From positions 1 through 31,957 of the forward strand of contig JBBRLQ010000051.1 in assembly GCA_038231275.1 (NCBI GenBank): a stretch of 31,957 bases of DNA, written 5' to 3'. Position 1 is the first letter of the stretch; each line of letters starts with the position of its first letter. Below are positions 1 through 11,024 of this stretch, in pieces. Made by a program: the position numbers and the translations under genes. The notes beneath the pieces were generated by a model, which had not been told where the DNA came from, ran no database searches, and saw only the letters and a program-made list of their open reading frames with translations. This DNA comes from Polyangiales bacterium (GTDB lineage: Bacteria > Myxococcota_A > Polyangia > Polyangiales > Polyangiaceae).

Positions 1-755
<755 letters not shown>

Positions 756-987
756 TCAACGCCAGAGGAGGCAAGAGGCGGAAACGTCGCGCGAAATGCG
801 AGTGCGAGATCGATCTCGACGACACGCAAGTGCCCGCGTGCCGCGAGGCACCTGGTCGAGGCGTTCGCGTACCCGCAGTGATCGGCTTCTCACGGAGCAA
901 CGACGCCGTCGACCACCCCGACGCAAAGCGCGCCGACCCTCGCGCGGCGCGCGCGCTCGTGGCAGAGTCGCCGGTCGAGCCCCCGGC

Positions 988-2958
988 GTGATCTCCCCCG
1001 ACACCATCGCCCAAGTCCGCGACCGGACCGACATCATCGCGGTCGTGCAGGAGAGTGTCCCCACGCTCAAGCGACGCGGGCGTTCGTTCAGCGGCCTCTG
1101 TCCTTTTCACAAAGAGAAGACGCCCAGCTTCCACGTGAACCCCGATCGTGGGTTTTTCCACTGCTTCGGCTGCAAGGAGTCCGGCAGCGTCATCGACTTC
1201 GTCATGAAGATGGAGGGGGCGACGTTCCCCGAGGCGGTGCGCTCGCTCGCCGAGCGCGCGGGCATCGCGGTCGAGGAGGACCGCAACACGATCGAGCCGA
1301 GCGTCCAGGATCGCCTCCGCAAGCAGAAGGACGAGCTCTTCAACGCGAACAACGTCGCCGCGCACTATTACGAGGAGCAGCTCCGCACGCACCCGCTCCG
1401 GCAATACGCGCTCGACGAGCTCGCGCGGCGCGGCCTCGTGCCGGGCGCCTCTGCGCCGGTCGACGACGCGCTCCAAGCCTTTCGCATCGGCTACGCGCCG
1501 CCCGGATGGGACGGCCTCACCGCGTATTTCCGCGCACAAGGAATCAGCCCGGTCGCCGGCGAGAGCGTCGGCCTGCTCGTCCCGCGCTCGAGCGGCAGCG
1601 GGCACTACGATCGCTTCCGGCACCGCCTCATGTTCGCGGTCTCCGATCCGCAGGGCAGGGTGGTCGCCTTCAGCGGCCGCGCGCTCGAGGACCCGCCCGA
1701 CGCGCCGCCCCGCGAGGCTGGCGATCGCGTGGCGAAGTACATCAATTCTCCCGAGTCCCCGATCTACACCAAGGGCCAGACCCTCTTCGGCCTCTACCAG
1801 GCGCGTCATGCCATCCGCCAGGCCGAGCACGCGGTCCTTGTGGAGGGGAACTTCGACGTCGTCTCCCTCCACGCGCGCGGCGTGCAGCACGTGGTGGCCC
1901 CGCTCGGCACCGCGTTCACCGTCGACCAGGCGAAGCTGCTCAAGCGCTTCGCCGGGACGGTCACATTTCTCTTCGACGGCGACGCCGCGGGCAAGAAGGC
2001 CGTGCGCCTCTCACGCGAGCCCGTCCGTGAGTCGGGCCTCCTCGCGAAGGTGGCGACGTTGCCCGAGGGCCAGGATCCCGACGAGATCGTCCGCACGCGA
2101 GGCGTCGAGGCGCTCGAAGGTGTCCTCTCCCACGCGCGCGGCATGCTCGAGTACCTCCTCGACGCCGCGCTCGACACGTCGTTCGCCTCGGCCGACGCGT
2201 ACGAGCGCGCGGCGCGGGTCACCGAGGTCGCCAAGATCCTCGCGATGGAGGACGATCCGCTCATTCGCTCGATGGCGAAGACCTACGCGGACCAGCTCGC
2301 GGGACGTCTCGATGTTGTCTCCCCCGATGCGTTCCGCGCGCTCGAGCGGACCGTCCGAAGAGCGCTCGAGGAGGCGGGGCCGCGTCCGCCCATGCTGCAC
2401 GGCGCGACGCCGAAGGACGCGCGCATCAAGGGCGTCACCGCAGGATCTCCCGAGCGGCGTGAGATCGTCGGCGCCCTCATCGAGTACCCTTCACTCCTAA
2501 ACGATCCGGCCGTCGCGGAAGTGCTTCCTCTACTAGAAGGGAACTCCGCGCAGATCATCGCGGCGTTGGCCCAGTCCTTGATAGAGCCGCCCGCCTCCGC
2601 AAAAAGCGATGGCACCCTCGAAAAAGCGCTGGACACAAGCGTATTTCTTGAGCAAATCCCCGCGATGTTCCGGGGCTTCGCAGAGCAGCGTCTGGCAGCC
2701 CCGACGTTGGCGTCTCGAGACGACGCGAGAGGACACTTGCTCGAGAACGCAAACAAGCTAAAGAGGGCCGTTCTATCGCGTGAGACGGGCGACATCGCTC
2801 GTGAGCAGCATGAACGCGCAGGTGATTGGGACGCAGAGAGGGCGCTGGCGAGGCAGGCAGAAGAGCGCATGCGCATGAAGCACGGTGTCGTCCGGGCAGC
2901 ACCGCCACCAGAGGGCGGCGGCACGGACTCGGGCCGCGGCGAAGGCGAAGGCTCCTAG
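988..2958 (+). CDS. dnaG: DNA primase
   Basis: CHC2 zinc finger ([11 protein letters not shown]...FHCFGC), [23 protein letters not shown] motifs VEGNFDV and FDGDAAG. Start placed at GTG 988 ([17 protein letters not shown]); the Arg-rich extension back to 796 does not look primase-like. Confidence 0.96.
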   Translation: MISPDTIAQVRDRTDIIAVVQESVPTLKRRGRSFSGLCPFHKEKTPSFHVNPDRGFFHCFGCKESGSVIDFVMKMEGATFPEAVRSLAERAGIAVEEDRNTIEPSVQDRLRKQKDELFNANNVAAHYYEEQLRTHPLRQYALDELARRGLVPGASAPVDDALQAFRIGYAPPGWDGLTAYFRAQGISPVAGESVGLLVPRSSGSGHYDRFRHRLMFAVSDPQGRVVAFSGRALEDPPDAPPREAGDRVAKYINSPESPIYTKGQTLFGLYQARHAIRQAEHAVLVEGNFDVVSLHARGVQHVVAPLGTAFTVDQAKLLKRFAGTVTFLFDGDAAGKKAVRLSREPVRESGLLAKVATLPEGQDPDEIVRTRGVEALEGVLSHARGMLEYLLDAALDTSFASADAYERAARVTEVAKILAMEDDPLIRSMAKTYADQLAGRLDVVSPDAFRALERTVRRALEEAGPRPPMLHGATPKDARIKGVTAGSPERREIVGALIEYPSLLNDPAVAEVLPLLEGNSAQIIAALAQSLIEPPASAKSDGTLEKALDTSVFLEQIPAMFRGFAEQRLAAPTLASRDDARGHLLENANKLKRAVLSRETGDIAREQHERAGDWDAERALARQAEERMRMKHGVVRAAPPPEGGGTDSGRGEGEGS

Positions 2959-3034
2959 GCCGGCGAATAAGTTTTCCATTCTCATTGAGTTGTCGCAGCC
3001 TCCTGGGATCAAGGGGGCGAGGGTGAAGGCAGAG

Positions 3035-4810
<1,776 letters not shown>

Positions 4811-4823
4811 GCGGCAGGCGCGC

Positions 4824-5435
4824 TTGAGGCGCACGACGACGTTCGCCCTGCTCGCTCTCCTGGTCAGTGGACTGGCCGGGTGCGAGCGGGGGTGCCTCTC
4901 GTCGTGGCTCGCCTCGCACGGCGGCGCGGGGACCGGGACCCCCACGCGTGGTCCGGCCCCCTCGGCGGATCCCGCCGGCATCACGCTGTCGGCGGTGGAT
5001 TGCCCAGATGGCATGGCGCGTTGCGGAGACGGCATCGTCCACGCCTCGCGCGCGTACCACTACGCGGAGCCGTGCACCGGATCGCCCGAGCAATGCCAGT
5101 GTCCTTGGGAGCGCCTCGGCGACTGCCCGCATGGCTGCGTCGTGGACGGCCTCGAGCTCGACGTGTCGAGGGATCGTGCGCTCGTCCAGCTCTGCGCGCC
5201 CGATCTGGCCGAGCGCGCGAAGCTCTCGCGCCCGTCGCCGCCCGGCGCGATCGTAGCGGGCTGCGACAGTGGCTACCTTTGCGACAGGGGCGTCGTGATC
5301 GCCTGCGGGCAGCCTTCGCGCGCGGTCGTCGCGTGCGTCGCAGGTTGCGTCCGGGAGGGACAGACCGTCGACATGGACGACGAGACCACACCTCTCGCGC
5401 CCGACGCCGCGGTGGCCGTTCTCTGCCGCCGCTGA
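4824..5435 (+). CDS. Cys-rich hypothetical lipoprotein
   Basis: TTG start, signal peptide MRRTTTFALLALLVSGLAG-C (lipobox LAGC), many cysteines (CPDGMARC, CQC, CPHGC, CVAGC). 13 bp after the rpoD stop. Confidence 0.7.
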   Translation: MRRTTTFALLALLVSGLAGCERGCLSSWLASHGGAGTGTPTRGPAPSADPAGITLSAVDCPDGMARCGDGIVHASRAYHYAEPCTGSPEQCQCPWERLGDCPHGCVVDGLELDVSRDRALVQLCAPDLAERAKLSRPSPPGAIVAGCDSGYLCDRGVVIACGQPSRAVVACVAGCVREGQTVDMDDETTPLAPDAAVAVLCRR

Positions 5436-5932
5436 GCCGCAGCAAGCGAGCAAGCAAGACCGATGGCGCGTCCGCCGTCGTACGCGCGCACGAACGTTCG
5501 CTGCGCAAGTTGCTGCGCCATCCGCGCGCGGTGTTTGCCCGGGTCGCGCAGACCCCTGCCCAACGTTTGCCCATGGCTCCTCACGGACTCCGGCATGGAC
5601 CGCGGATCCACATGGGCTTCGCCGGAACGGTGACGGCGCATGATGCGACGTCGATCCATCCCGCGCTCGTCGCGTCAAACCGTTGCGTGGTGAGTGCATG
5701 TAGGTAAGCGCGCGTAACGGCGAGCGAAACACGCGCGTGCGTTACGCGTCACGTCGTCACACCGAGCTTGTTTTTCGCAGGAAACGTGACGCGCGTCGCC
5801 CTCGCACGGCACACTTCGCGTGGGGGGATTTCGACGCCTTCACGCGCCGACACGGGTGACGTGCGGCCCATCCTCGTTTGGCGTGGCGCGTCGTCTTTGG
5901 TCGTCCCGTGCGAGCGAAAAGTTCCAGCGAGG

Positions 5933-5949
5933 TTGGCGAGACGTTTGCA
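5933..5949 (+). promoter_or_regulatory. sigma54 (-24/-12) promoter candidate for the FGE-fold gene
   Basis: TTGGCGAGACGTTTGCA = GG(5935-36)-N10-GC(5947-48), close to consensus TGGCACG-N4-TTGCW; about 40 bp before ATG 5989. Confidence 0.65.
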
Positions 5950-5988
5950 ATGACTACGAGTCGGAGCGCCGGGCGGGGCGAAACTAAC

Positions 5989-7011
5989 ATGAAGCGGTCG
6001 AACCTCAGCGTCGTCATCTTCGGGTTCGGAACGGCGCTCGTCCTCCTGGGCACCCAGGCGGAGCCGGTCGCGCAAGCCAACCCGCAAGGCTACGAGCCGG
6101 CCGACGTCGCCACCGACCTCGCTGCACCGCTCGCCGACGAGGCCGCGCCGCCCGCGCCGAAGGTCCCCGAGAACGTCCACGCGAGCGCCGGCGCAAAAAT
6201 CAGCGTCACGCCAGCCCCCGTCATCGAGGCGAGCGGCTCGTGCCCGACCGGCATGCTCGAAGTCGAAGGCGACTACTGCCCGTACGTCGAGCAGAAGTGC
6301 CTGCGCTGGCTCGACCCGGAGACCAAGATGCGCTGCGCGGAGTTCGCTCCGAGCAGCAAGTGCACCGGCAAGACCACGCACAAGAAGTTCTGCATCGACC
6401 GGTACGAGTACCCGAACAAGCCGGGCGACAAGCCCGTGATCATGAAGACGTGGTACGAGGCGCGTGACACGTGCCAGTCCGTCGGCAAGCGCCTCTGCGG
6501 CGAGAGCGAGTGGACCTTGGCGTGCGAAGGCCAGGAGCACCTGCCGTACCCGTACGGCTACCAGCGCAACTCCGAGGCCTGCAACATCGACAAGCCGCAC
6601 CCGGACGTGAACGAGAAGGCGCTCGCCGATCCGCGCCTCCGCGACGCCGAGGTCGAGCGCCTCTGGCAGGGCGAGCCGAGCGGCACCCGCGAGGCGTGCG
6701 TGAGCCCGTTCGGCGTGCACGACATGGCCGGCAACGTCGACGAGTGGGTCGTGAACGAGAGCGGCCACCCCTTCAAGAGCGGCCTCAAGGGCGGCTACTG
6801 GGGTCCGGTCCGCACGCGCTGCCGCCCGATGACGACCGCGCACAACGAAGAGTTCAGCTTCTATCAGATCGGCTTCCGCTGCTGCTCCGAGCAGGGCGCG
6901 TCGACGCCGGCGGGTGCGGGCAAGACGAACGACGCCGCGGGCGCTCCGCCCTCCATCAACCGCGCGCCGGCTCCGGCTCCGGCCGCCCCGGGCTCGCTGA
7001 CGGCGACGTGA
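5989..7011 (+). CDS. Exported formylglycine-generating-enzyme (SUMF1/EgtB/PvdO) fold protein
   Basis: Signal-like N-terminus; FCIDRYEYP, TWYEARDTC...GKRLCGESEWTLAC, SPFGVHDMAGNVDEW, KGGYW, IGFRCC are FGE-sulfatase-domain motifs. Confidence 0.88.
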   Translation: MKRSNLSVVIFGFGTALVLLGTQAEPVAQANPQGYEPADVATDLAAPLADEAAPPAPKVPENVHASAGAKISVTPAPVIEASGSCPTGMLEVEGDYCPYVEQKCLRWLDPETKMRCAEFAPSSKCTGKTTHKKFCIDRYEYPNKPGDKPVIMKTWYEARDTCQSVGKRLCGESEWTLACEGQEHLPYPYGYQRNSEACNIDKPHPDVNEKALADPRLRDAEVERLWQGEPSGTREACVSPFGVHDMAGNVDEWVVNESGHPFKSGLKGGYWGPVRTRCRPMTTAHNEEFSFYQIGFRCCSEQGASTPAGAGKTNDAAGAPPSINRAPAPAPAAPGSLTAT

Positions 7012-7109
7012 CTGACCCGTTCGTGACATCCGCCTGACGCGGATCTGACGAGAAAATAAGGCGATCGTCAGGAGGCCCGCGAGGGGGTCACGCCATTCGG
7101 ATCAAGGGT

Positions 7110-7136
7110 GGGCGCGGAGGACAACACTCCGCGCCC
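7110..7136 (+). terminator. GC-rich hairpin, probable terminator after the FGE-fold gene
   Basis: Perfect 10-bp stem GGGCGCGGAG/CTCCGCGCCC with a 7-nt loop; only a weak T tail (TTCGCGTT). Confidence 0.5.
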
Positions 7137-7200
7137 TTCGCGTTCCATGCGTCCCGAGGGGTTAGCGCACGCAGCGCCGCGTCATCGCGAGGATGCACGC

Positions 7201-7216
7201 AGGCACATGCGCTGCT
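7201..7216 (+). promoter_or_regulatory. sigma54 promoter candidate for the 7230 gene
   Basis: AGGCACATGCGCTGCT = GG(7202-03)-N10-GC(7214-15). Confidence 0.55.
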
Positions 7217-7229
7217 CAGTACTCCTCGC

Positions 7230-8555
7230 ATGTACCGAGTGAATCAATACCGTGCTCCCGAGCCCAAGCCCCCGTCCAAGACGCCGGTGATCGTCGGCGC
7301 CGTCCTCGCGTTCGTCGGCGCATCCACCCTCGCGTCGGCGGCCCTCCTGCTTCGCACGCATCACACCGTCCGCGCGGCCGCGCCCGCCACCAGCGAGTCC
7401 GCGAAGCCGACTTCGCATGCGCCTGCCATGCAAGCGCCCGTCGCGTCCGCGTCCGCGAACCTCGAGGACGAGCCGGAGCCGGTCCCCGCCGCGCCCGGCA
7501 CGCCGCGATCGAGCGAGCACGCCCGGCCGAAGTGGGCGAAGGACGCGAGCTACGCCCCGCAGCTCACCGACCCGCTCGACGTGTTCCTGGCGGCCTCTCC
7601 CCTGCGAGGGGACGTGGCGCACGCGCTCGTCATTTGCCGCTTCCAGTCGTTCAACAAGATGGACACGTTCGCCGGCGACGATCTCCGCGCCAGCCTCGTC
7701 CTCGACGGCACGCCCGGGCGCTCTGCGAACGGCCCCGAGGACGCGAACCTGGCGTTCGTCAGCGCGCCGCTCGCCAAGGTCGCGCACGGCGACATGATCC
7801 GGTTCGAGGTGTGGGACCGTGACGTCTTCAGCGACGAGCTCATCACGCGTACCTCGGTGAAATACGACGCAGGCCCGGTGGTCATGTCCGACACCGGCGC
7901 GTCGATCGAGTGCCGGGCGCTCGACGGGGCGGCGCTCGATCGCGAGGTGAAGGAGCACGGCGCGCGCGCCGATCGTGACGCCCGGACGCTCGCCGGGGCC
8001 AAGCTCGACGGTCGCCGCCCGTTGTGGGGCTGGCCGACGAGCGATCTCACAAAGCAGCAAGGGCGCGCGGGCGACCTCGCGGCGCTCGTCGGCTGGGACG
8101 ATCCGCGCACCGTGAAGCGCGTCGTGGGCCTGGCGAGCGCCGAGGCCGTCCTCGAAGCGAAGCGTGAGCGCCTGTTCGGCGAGCTCCACGCGGCGGCCAA
8201 AGCCGACGCCGACGTCCACGGCCTGCACGTCCACCTCGAAGAGATCGCGTGCGGGGCGCGAAAGGCGGCGCTCGGTGTGGCCTCGGCGACCAGCCCGTGC
8301 GTCGCGCGGGTCACGCTGCGCAACGACACCGACGGCGTCATCTCGTTCACGCCGTATTCGGCCCCGCAGCCGTACCTTGCCACCGCGAAGACTGGCCCGC
8401 TCTGGGCGCGCTTCGACAAGCTCGTCGCGCCGGAGCTCGCGTCCAAGGCGACGGCGGAGGCGCTGGTCATTCCCGAAGGCGTCGCGCTCGAGGACGAGCC
8501 GGCCCTCCTCGGCGTCTGCATCGCCGCCACCTGCGCGACGGTCCTCGCGCGCTGA
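7230..8555 (+). CDS. Membrane-anchored hypothetical protein with a C2-like segment
   Basis: N-terminal hydrophobic helix (VIVGAVLAFVGASTLASAALLL), Pro/Ala linker, then MDTFAGDD...IRFEVWDRDVFSDELI, resembling C2-domain acidic loops. Confidence 0.75.
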   Translation: MYRVNQYRAPEPKPPSKTPVIVGAVLAFVGASTLASAALLLRTHHTVRAAAPATSESAKPTSHAPAMQAPVASASANLEDEPEPVPAAPGTPRSSEHARPKWAKDASYAPQLTDPLDVFLAASPLRGDVAHALVICRFQSFNKMDTFAGDDLRASLVLDGTPGRSANGPEDANLAFVSAPLAKVAHGDMIRFEVWDRDVFSDELITRTSVKYDAGPVVMSDTGASIECRALDGAALDREVKEHGARADRDARTLAGAKLDGRRPLWGWPTSDLTKQQGRAGDLAALVGWDDPRTVKRVVGLASAEAVLEAKRERLFGELHAAAKADADVHGLHVHLEEIACGARKAALGVASATSPCVARVTLRNDTDGVISFTPYSAPQPYLATAKTGPLWARFDKLVAPELASKATAEALVIPEGVALEDEPALLGVCIAATCATVLAR

Positions 8556-8619
8556 GGAAGCGGGCATGGGATGGCCGCGTTTTGATTTTCGGCAGCGGAG
8601 ACGCCGCCCGCGCAAAGAC

Positions 8620-10461
8620 CTACTTGATGCAGATGGGCTGACAGTTGTCGGGAGAGCAGCAGAGCGTGTCCGCGCTGCACGTCTTGCTCCCGCACGTGAC
8701 CTGCGGCGTGCTCACGACCTTGTCGACCCACTGCGCCGAGTGGTTGTGGCTGGAGATGTCCTGGAACGGCAGCCAGAACGCGGGGCTCGAGCGATCGCCG
8801 CCCACCGGCTCGCCGTCTTCGATGTCGACGGCCGCCATCCATATTTGCGGCGACTCGCACCCGTCGAGGCTGTTGATGTCGGTGCTCAGCTGCGGCTTGT
8901 CCTCGTCGGGGCACTCGCTCGGGTAGCAGTGCGGGAGCCCCTGGTTGTGCAAGCGAAGCCCGTAATCGCGGCTCGACGAGAACGTCACCCACGCGATCTT
9001 GCGCCCCTTGTACGTCTGAACGATCGGGCTCCAGCGCGGCCACGAGTTCGAGAGGCCGTCGCCCTGGTTCAGGCGCGCGAGATCGATCGGCGCGCCGCCG
9101 GCCGCGCGGAGGAGCTGGACGCGCGCGTTCTTGTTGTAAAACACGTCGCCGCCGGTCGTATGGTTCACGGCGAGGAAGTGACCGTCGGGCGAGAACGACG
9201 GGTAGTAGTACGCCTCGTCGCCGATGGGTGTGGCGAGCGCGTTCGGGGCGCCGAGGGTCCCTCCCGCGACGCCGATCGGGCTCACGTAGATCGTCCCGCC
9301 GTGGAAGTGGTGATCGCCGCTGACCGTGAGGGCCGACGCGAACGTCTTCGGCGCCACGAACGCCAGGAGCTTGTCGTCCGGCGAGAGATCCGGCTGCGTT
9401 CCGCGAATGCCCCCCGGGATCGCCGGGCTCCCGACGTTTCCGCCGCCTTGTCCGTCGAGAACGTTGAACGTGTCGTCCCCGGCGTTCGGGGTCAGCGGGT
9501 TATAGTCCTGCCAGCTGCTCGTCACGACGCGCGAGTGATCGTGCGCCCAGGTCTGGAAGCCGGCGACGAGGCCGGTCGCGAGCACCGTGCGCGTCTTGGT
9601 GTCGAGGACCGACGTGCTCACGTCGTCGAAGCCGTCGTCGTCGTCCGGATCATCGGTGCCGAGCGAGATGCGCTCGCCGTCGCGCGAGAGGTTGTGGCAC
9701 CCGACGCACGTGCCCGTCGCGCCCGACGTGTAGAACGGCGCCGGCTTGGGATCGACCGATCCGAAATCGTGCGTGTAGATCCCGCCGGTGGTCCCGGCGT
9801 TGTTCCCGAAGACCGCCGACTGCCAGTAGTAGATGCCGCCCTTCACGTCCTCCTTCGCGAAGCGGATCGCGACCGGCGGGGACTCTGTCACGCACGCGCC
9901 GTCGACGGTCGCGCGGACGGTGACCTTGACCGGGTCCCCGTCGCGGTTGGTCTCGGCGACGTCGCGGAAGGCCTGGAGCGGGAGGGCCAACGTGCATCCC
10001 GCGCTCGCGCCGTGGCGACCGTTGTCGACGCGGGTGCACCGCGTCGCGACGCGAATCTCGGTGGCGCCGTTGGTGAACGCGACCTCGTAGAGCTTGGCGC
10101 TCGGCACCTCGGGGAAGTGCACCTCGAGGAGGTTCAGGTTCGGCGGCAAGAGCACGTCGTCCTTCGGGTACGCGACCTGCGACGCTCCGAGCGTGCCGGC
10201 CGCGCAGCTCGGTGCGCCTCCTGCGGGGAAGGGCGGGCACCCGTCGCACCCGAAGGTCGCGTGACCGGTGACGGGCCCTAGGCCTCCCTCGCCGAGCGTG
10301 TTGTCGCCGCCGTCCCCGAGGGTAGGCCCACCGTCGCCACCGCCCGCGCCGGCGTCCCCGTCGCCCGGCGAATATCCGTTGGACTTCGCGCTCCCGCACG
10401 CGACGGCGGCAGCGACCGCGAGGGCCGAGGCGAGGAGGGCAAGGCTTTGGCGTCCGCGCAT
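8620..10461 (-). CDS. Lipoprotein with TolB/PD40-like beta-propeller repeats and a CxxCH motif
   Basis: Lipobox AVAC; propeller-blade motifs QPDLSPDDKLLAFV, YYPSFSPDGHFLA, NSWPRWSP, WVTFSSSRDYG; CVGCH at 9694-9708; Cys-rich C-terminus. Confidence 0.85.
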   Translation of the reverse strand: MRGRQSLALLASALAVAAAVACGSAKSNGYSPGDGDAGAGGGDGGPTLGDGGDNTLGEGGLGPVTGHATFGCDGCPPFPAGGAPSCAAGTLGASQVAYPKDDVLLPPNLNLLEVHFPEVPSAKLYEVAFTNGATEIRVATRCTRVDNGRHGASAGCTLALPLQAFRDVAETNRDGDPVKVTVRATVDGACVTESPPVAIRFAKEDVKGGIYYWQSAVFGNNAGTTGGIYTHDFGSVDPKPAPFYTSGATGTCVGCHNLSRDGERISLGTDDPDDDDGFDDVSTSVLDTKTRTVLATGLVAGFQTWAHDHSRVVTSSWQDYNPLTPNAGDDTFNVLDGQGGGNVGSPAIPGGIRGTQPDLSPDDKLLAFVAPKTFASALTVSGDHHFHGGTIYVSPIGVAGGTLGAPNALATPIGDEAYYYPSFSPDGHFLAVNHTTGGDVFYNKNARVQLLRAAGGAPIDLARLNQGDGLSNSWPRWSPIVQTYKGRKIAWVTFSSSRDYGLRLHNQGLPHCYPSECPDEDKPQLSTDINSLDGCESPQIWMAAVDIEDGEPVGGDRSSPAFWLPFQDISSHNHSAQWVDKVVSTPQVTCGSKTCSADTLCCSPDNCQPICIK

Positions 10462-10470
10462 GGGGGCGGG

Positions 10471-10488
10471 GTAGAGTAATTGCTCTAC
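10471..10488. promoter_or_regulatory. Near-perfect 18-bp palindrome, operator candidate
   Basis: GTAGAGTAATTGCTCTAC (one mismatched pair), 9 bp from the ATG at 10461 and overlapping a minus-strand TACTCT -10-like hexamer. Confidence 0.5.
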
Positions 10489-10540
10489 TCGTACGCGCCA
10501 GGAGTATTTCCGCGGCAGGGCCAGGATGGGCGAGACGAGG

Positions 10541-10999
10541 CTAGTTTTGCTCGGCGTCGATCCCGGCGTCCCTCGGGCCGCTCGGCGCGCTCGGGCGGCG
10601 CGGCGGGGGCTCGCCGTACTCGGTGCGCATCTTCTTCGTCAGCGTGTCGACCATCATCTGCTCGTGGTACCGCGGCATCTGCGGGAGCTGCACGACCACC
10701 CGCACCGGCGCGTCCGGCTCCTTCGAGCGGATGAACTCCAGGGAGCCGCTCGTCGTCTTCGAGCTCCCCTCGGCGGACTTGTAGTCGAACAGCAGGTAGC
10801 CGGTCGTGTCGTCCTTCTCGGTGACCTTGAGGCCCATGTCGACGCGGACCATGCGGATCGCCGCGTTCCACGTCCGGTCGAAGCCGTACGCCGAGTCGTA
10901 GGAAGTCTTGGCGGTGGCCGGTTCGCCCGTGAGGACGATGGCCGCAGCCACGGCGAGCCCGAGGAGCAAGGCGACCACAGGCACGAAGAGCCTAGGCAT
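10541..10999 (-). CDS. Small exported hypothetical protein
   Basis: Signal-like hydrophobic N-terminus, compact domain (YGFDRTWNAAIRMVRVDMGLKVTEKDDTTGYLLFDY), typical GC-rich codon pattern. Confidence 0.8.
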   Translation of the reverse strand: MPRLFVPVVALLLGLAVAAAIVLTGEPATAKTSYDSAYGFDRTWNAAIRMVRVDMGLKVTEKDDTTGYLLFDYKSAEGSSKTTSGSLEFIRSKEPDAPVRVVVQLPQMPRYHEQMMVDTLTKKMRTEYGEPPPRRPSAPSGPRDAGIDAEQN

Positions 11000-11024
11000 G
11001 CTCTCTCGCGTAGCGGAGGCGCCG

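Noticed and set aside
4880..5732. ORFs extending into the 5436-5988 gap (4880-5707 plus, 4797-5732 and 5273-5659 minus)
   Set aside because: Arg/Ala-rich low-information translations overlapping the lipoprotein gene, with no motifs; the gap reads better as regulatory DNA.
7022..7095. tRNA or hammerhead ribozyme call
   Set aside because: No TTCGA T-loop or D-loop GG consensus; CTGACGA is followed directly by GAAA with no stem II. Kept only as an unassigned structure.
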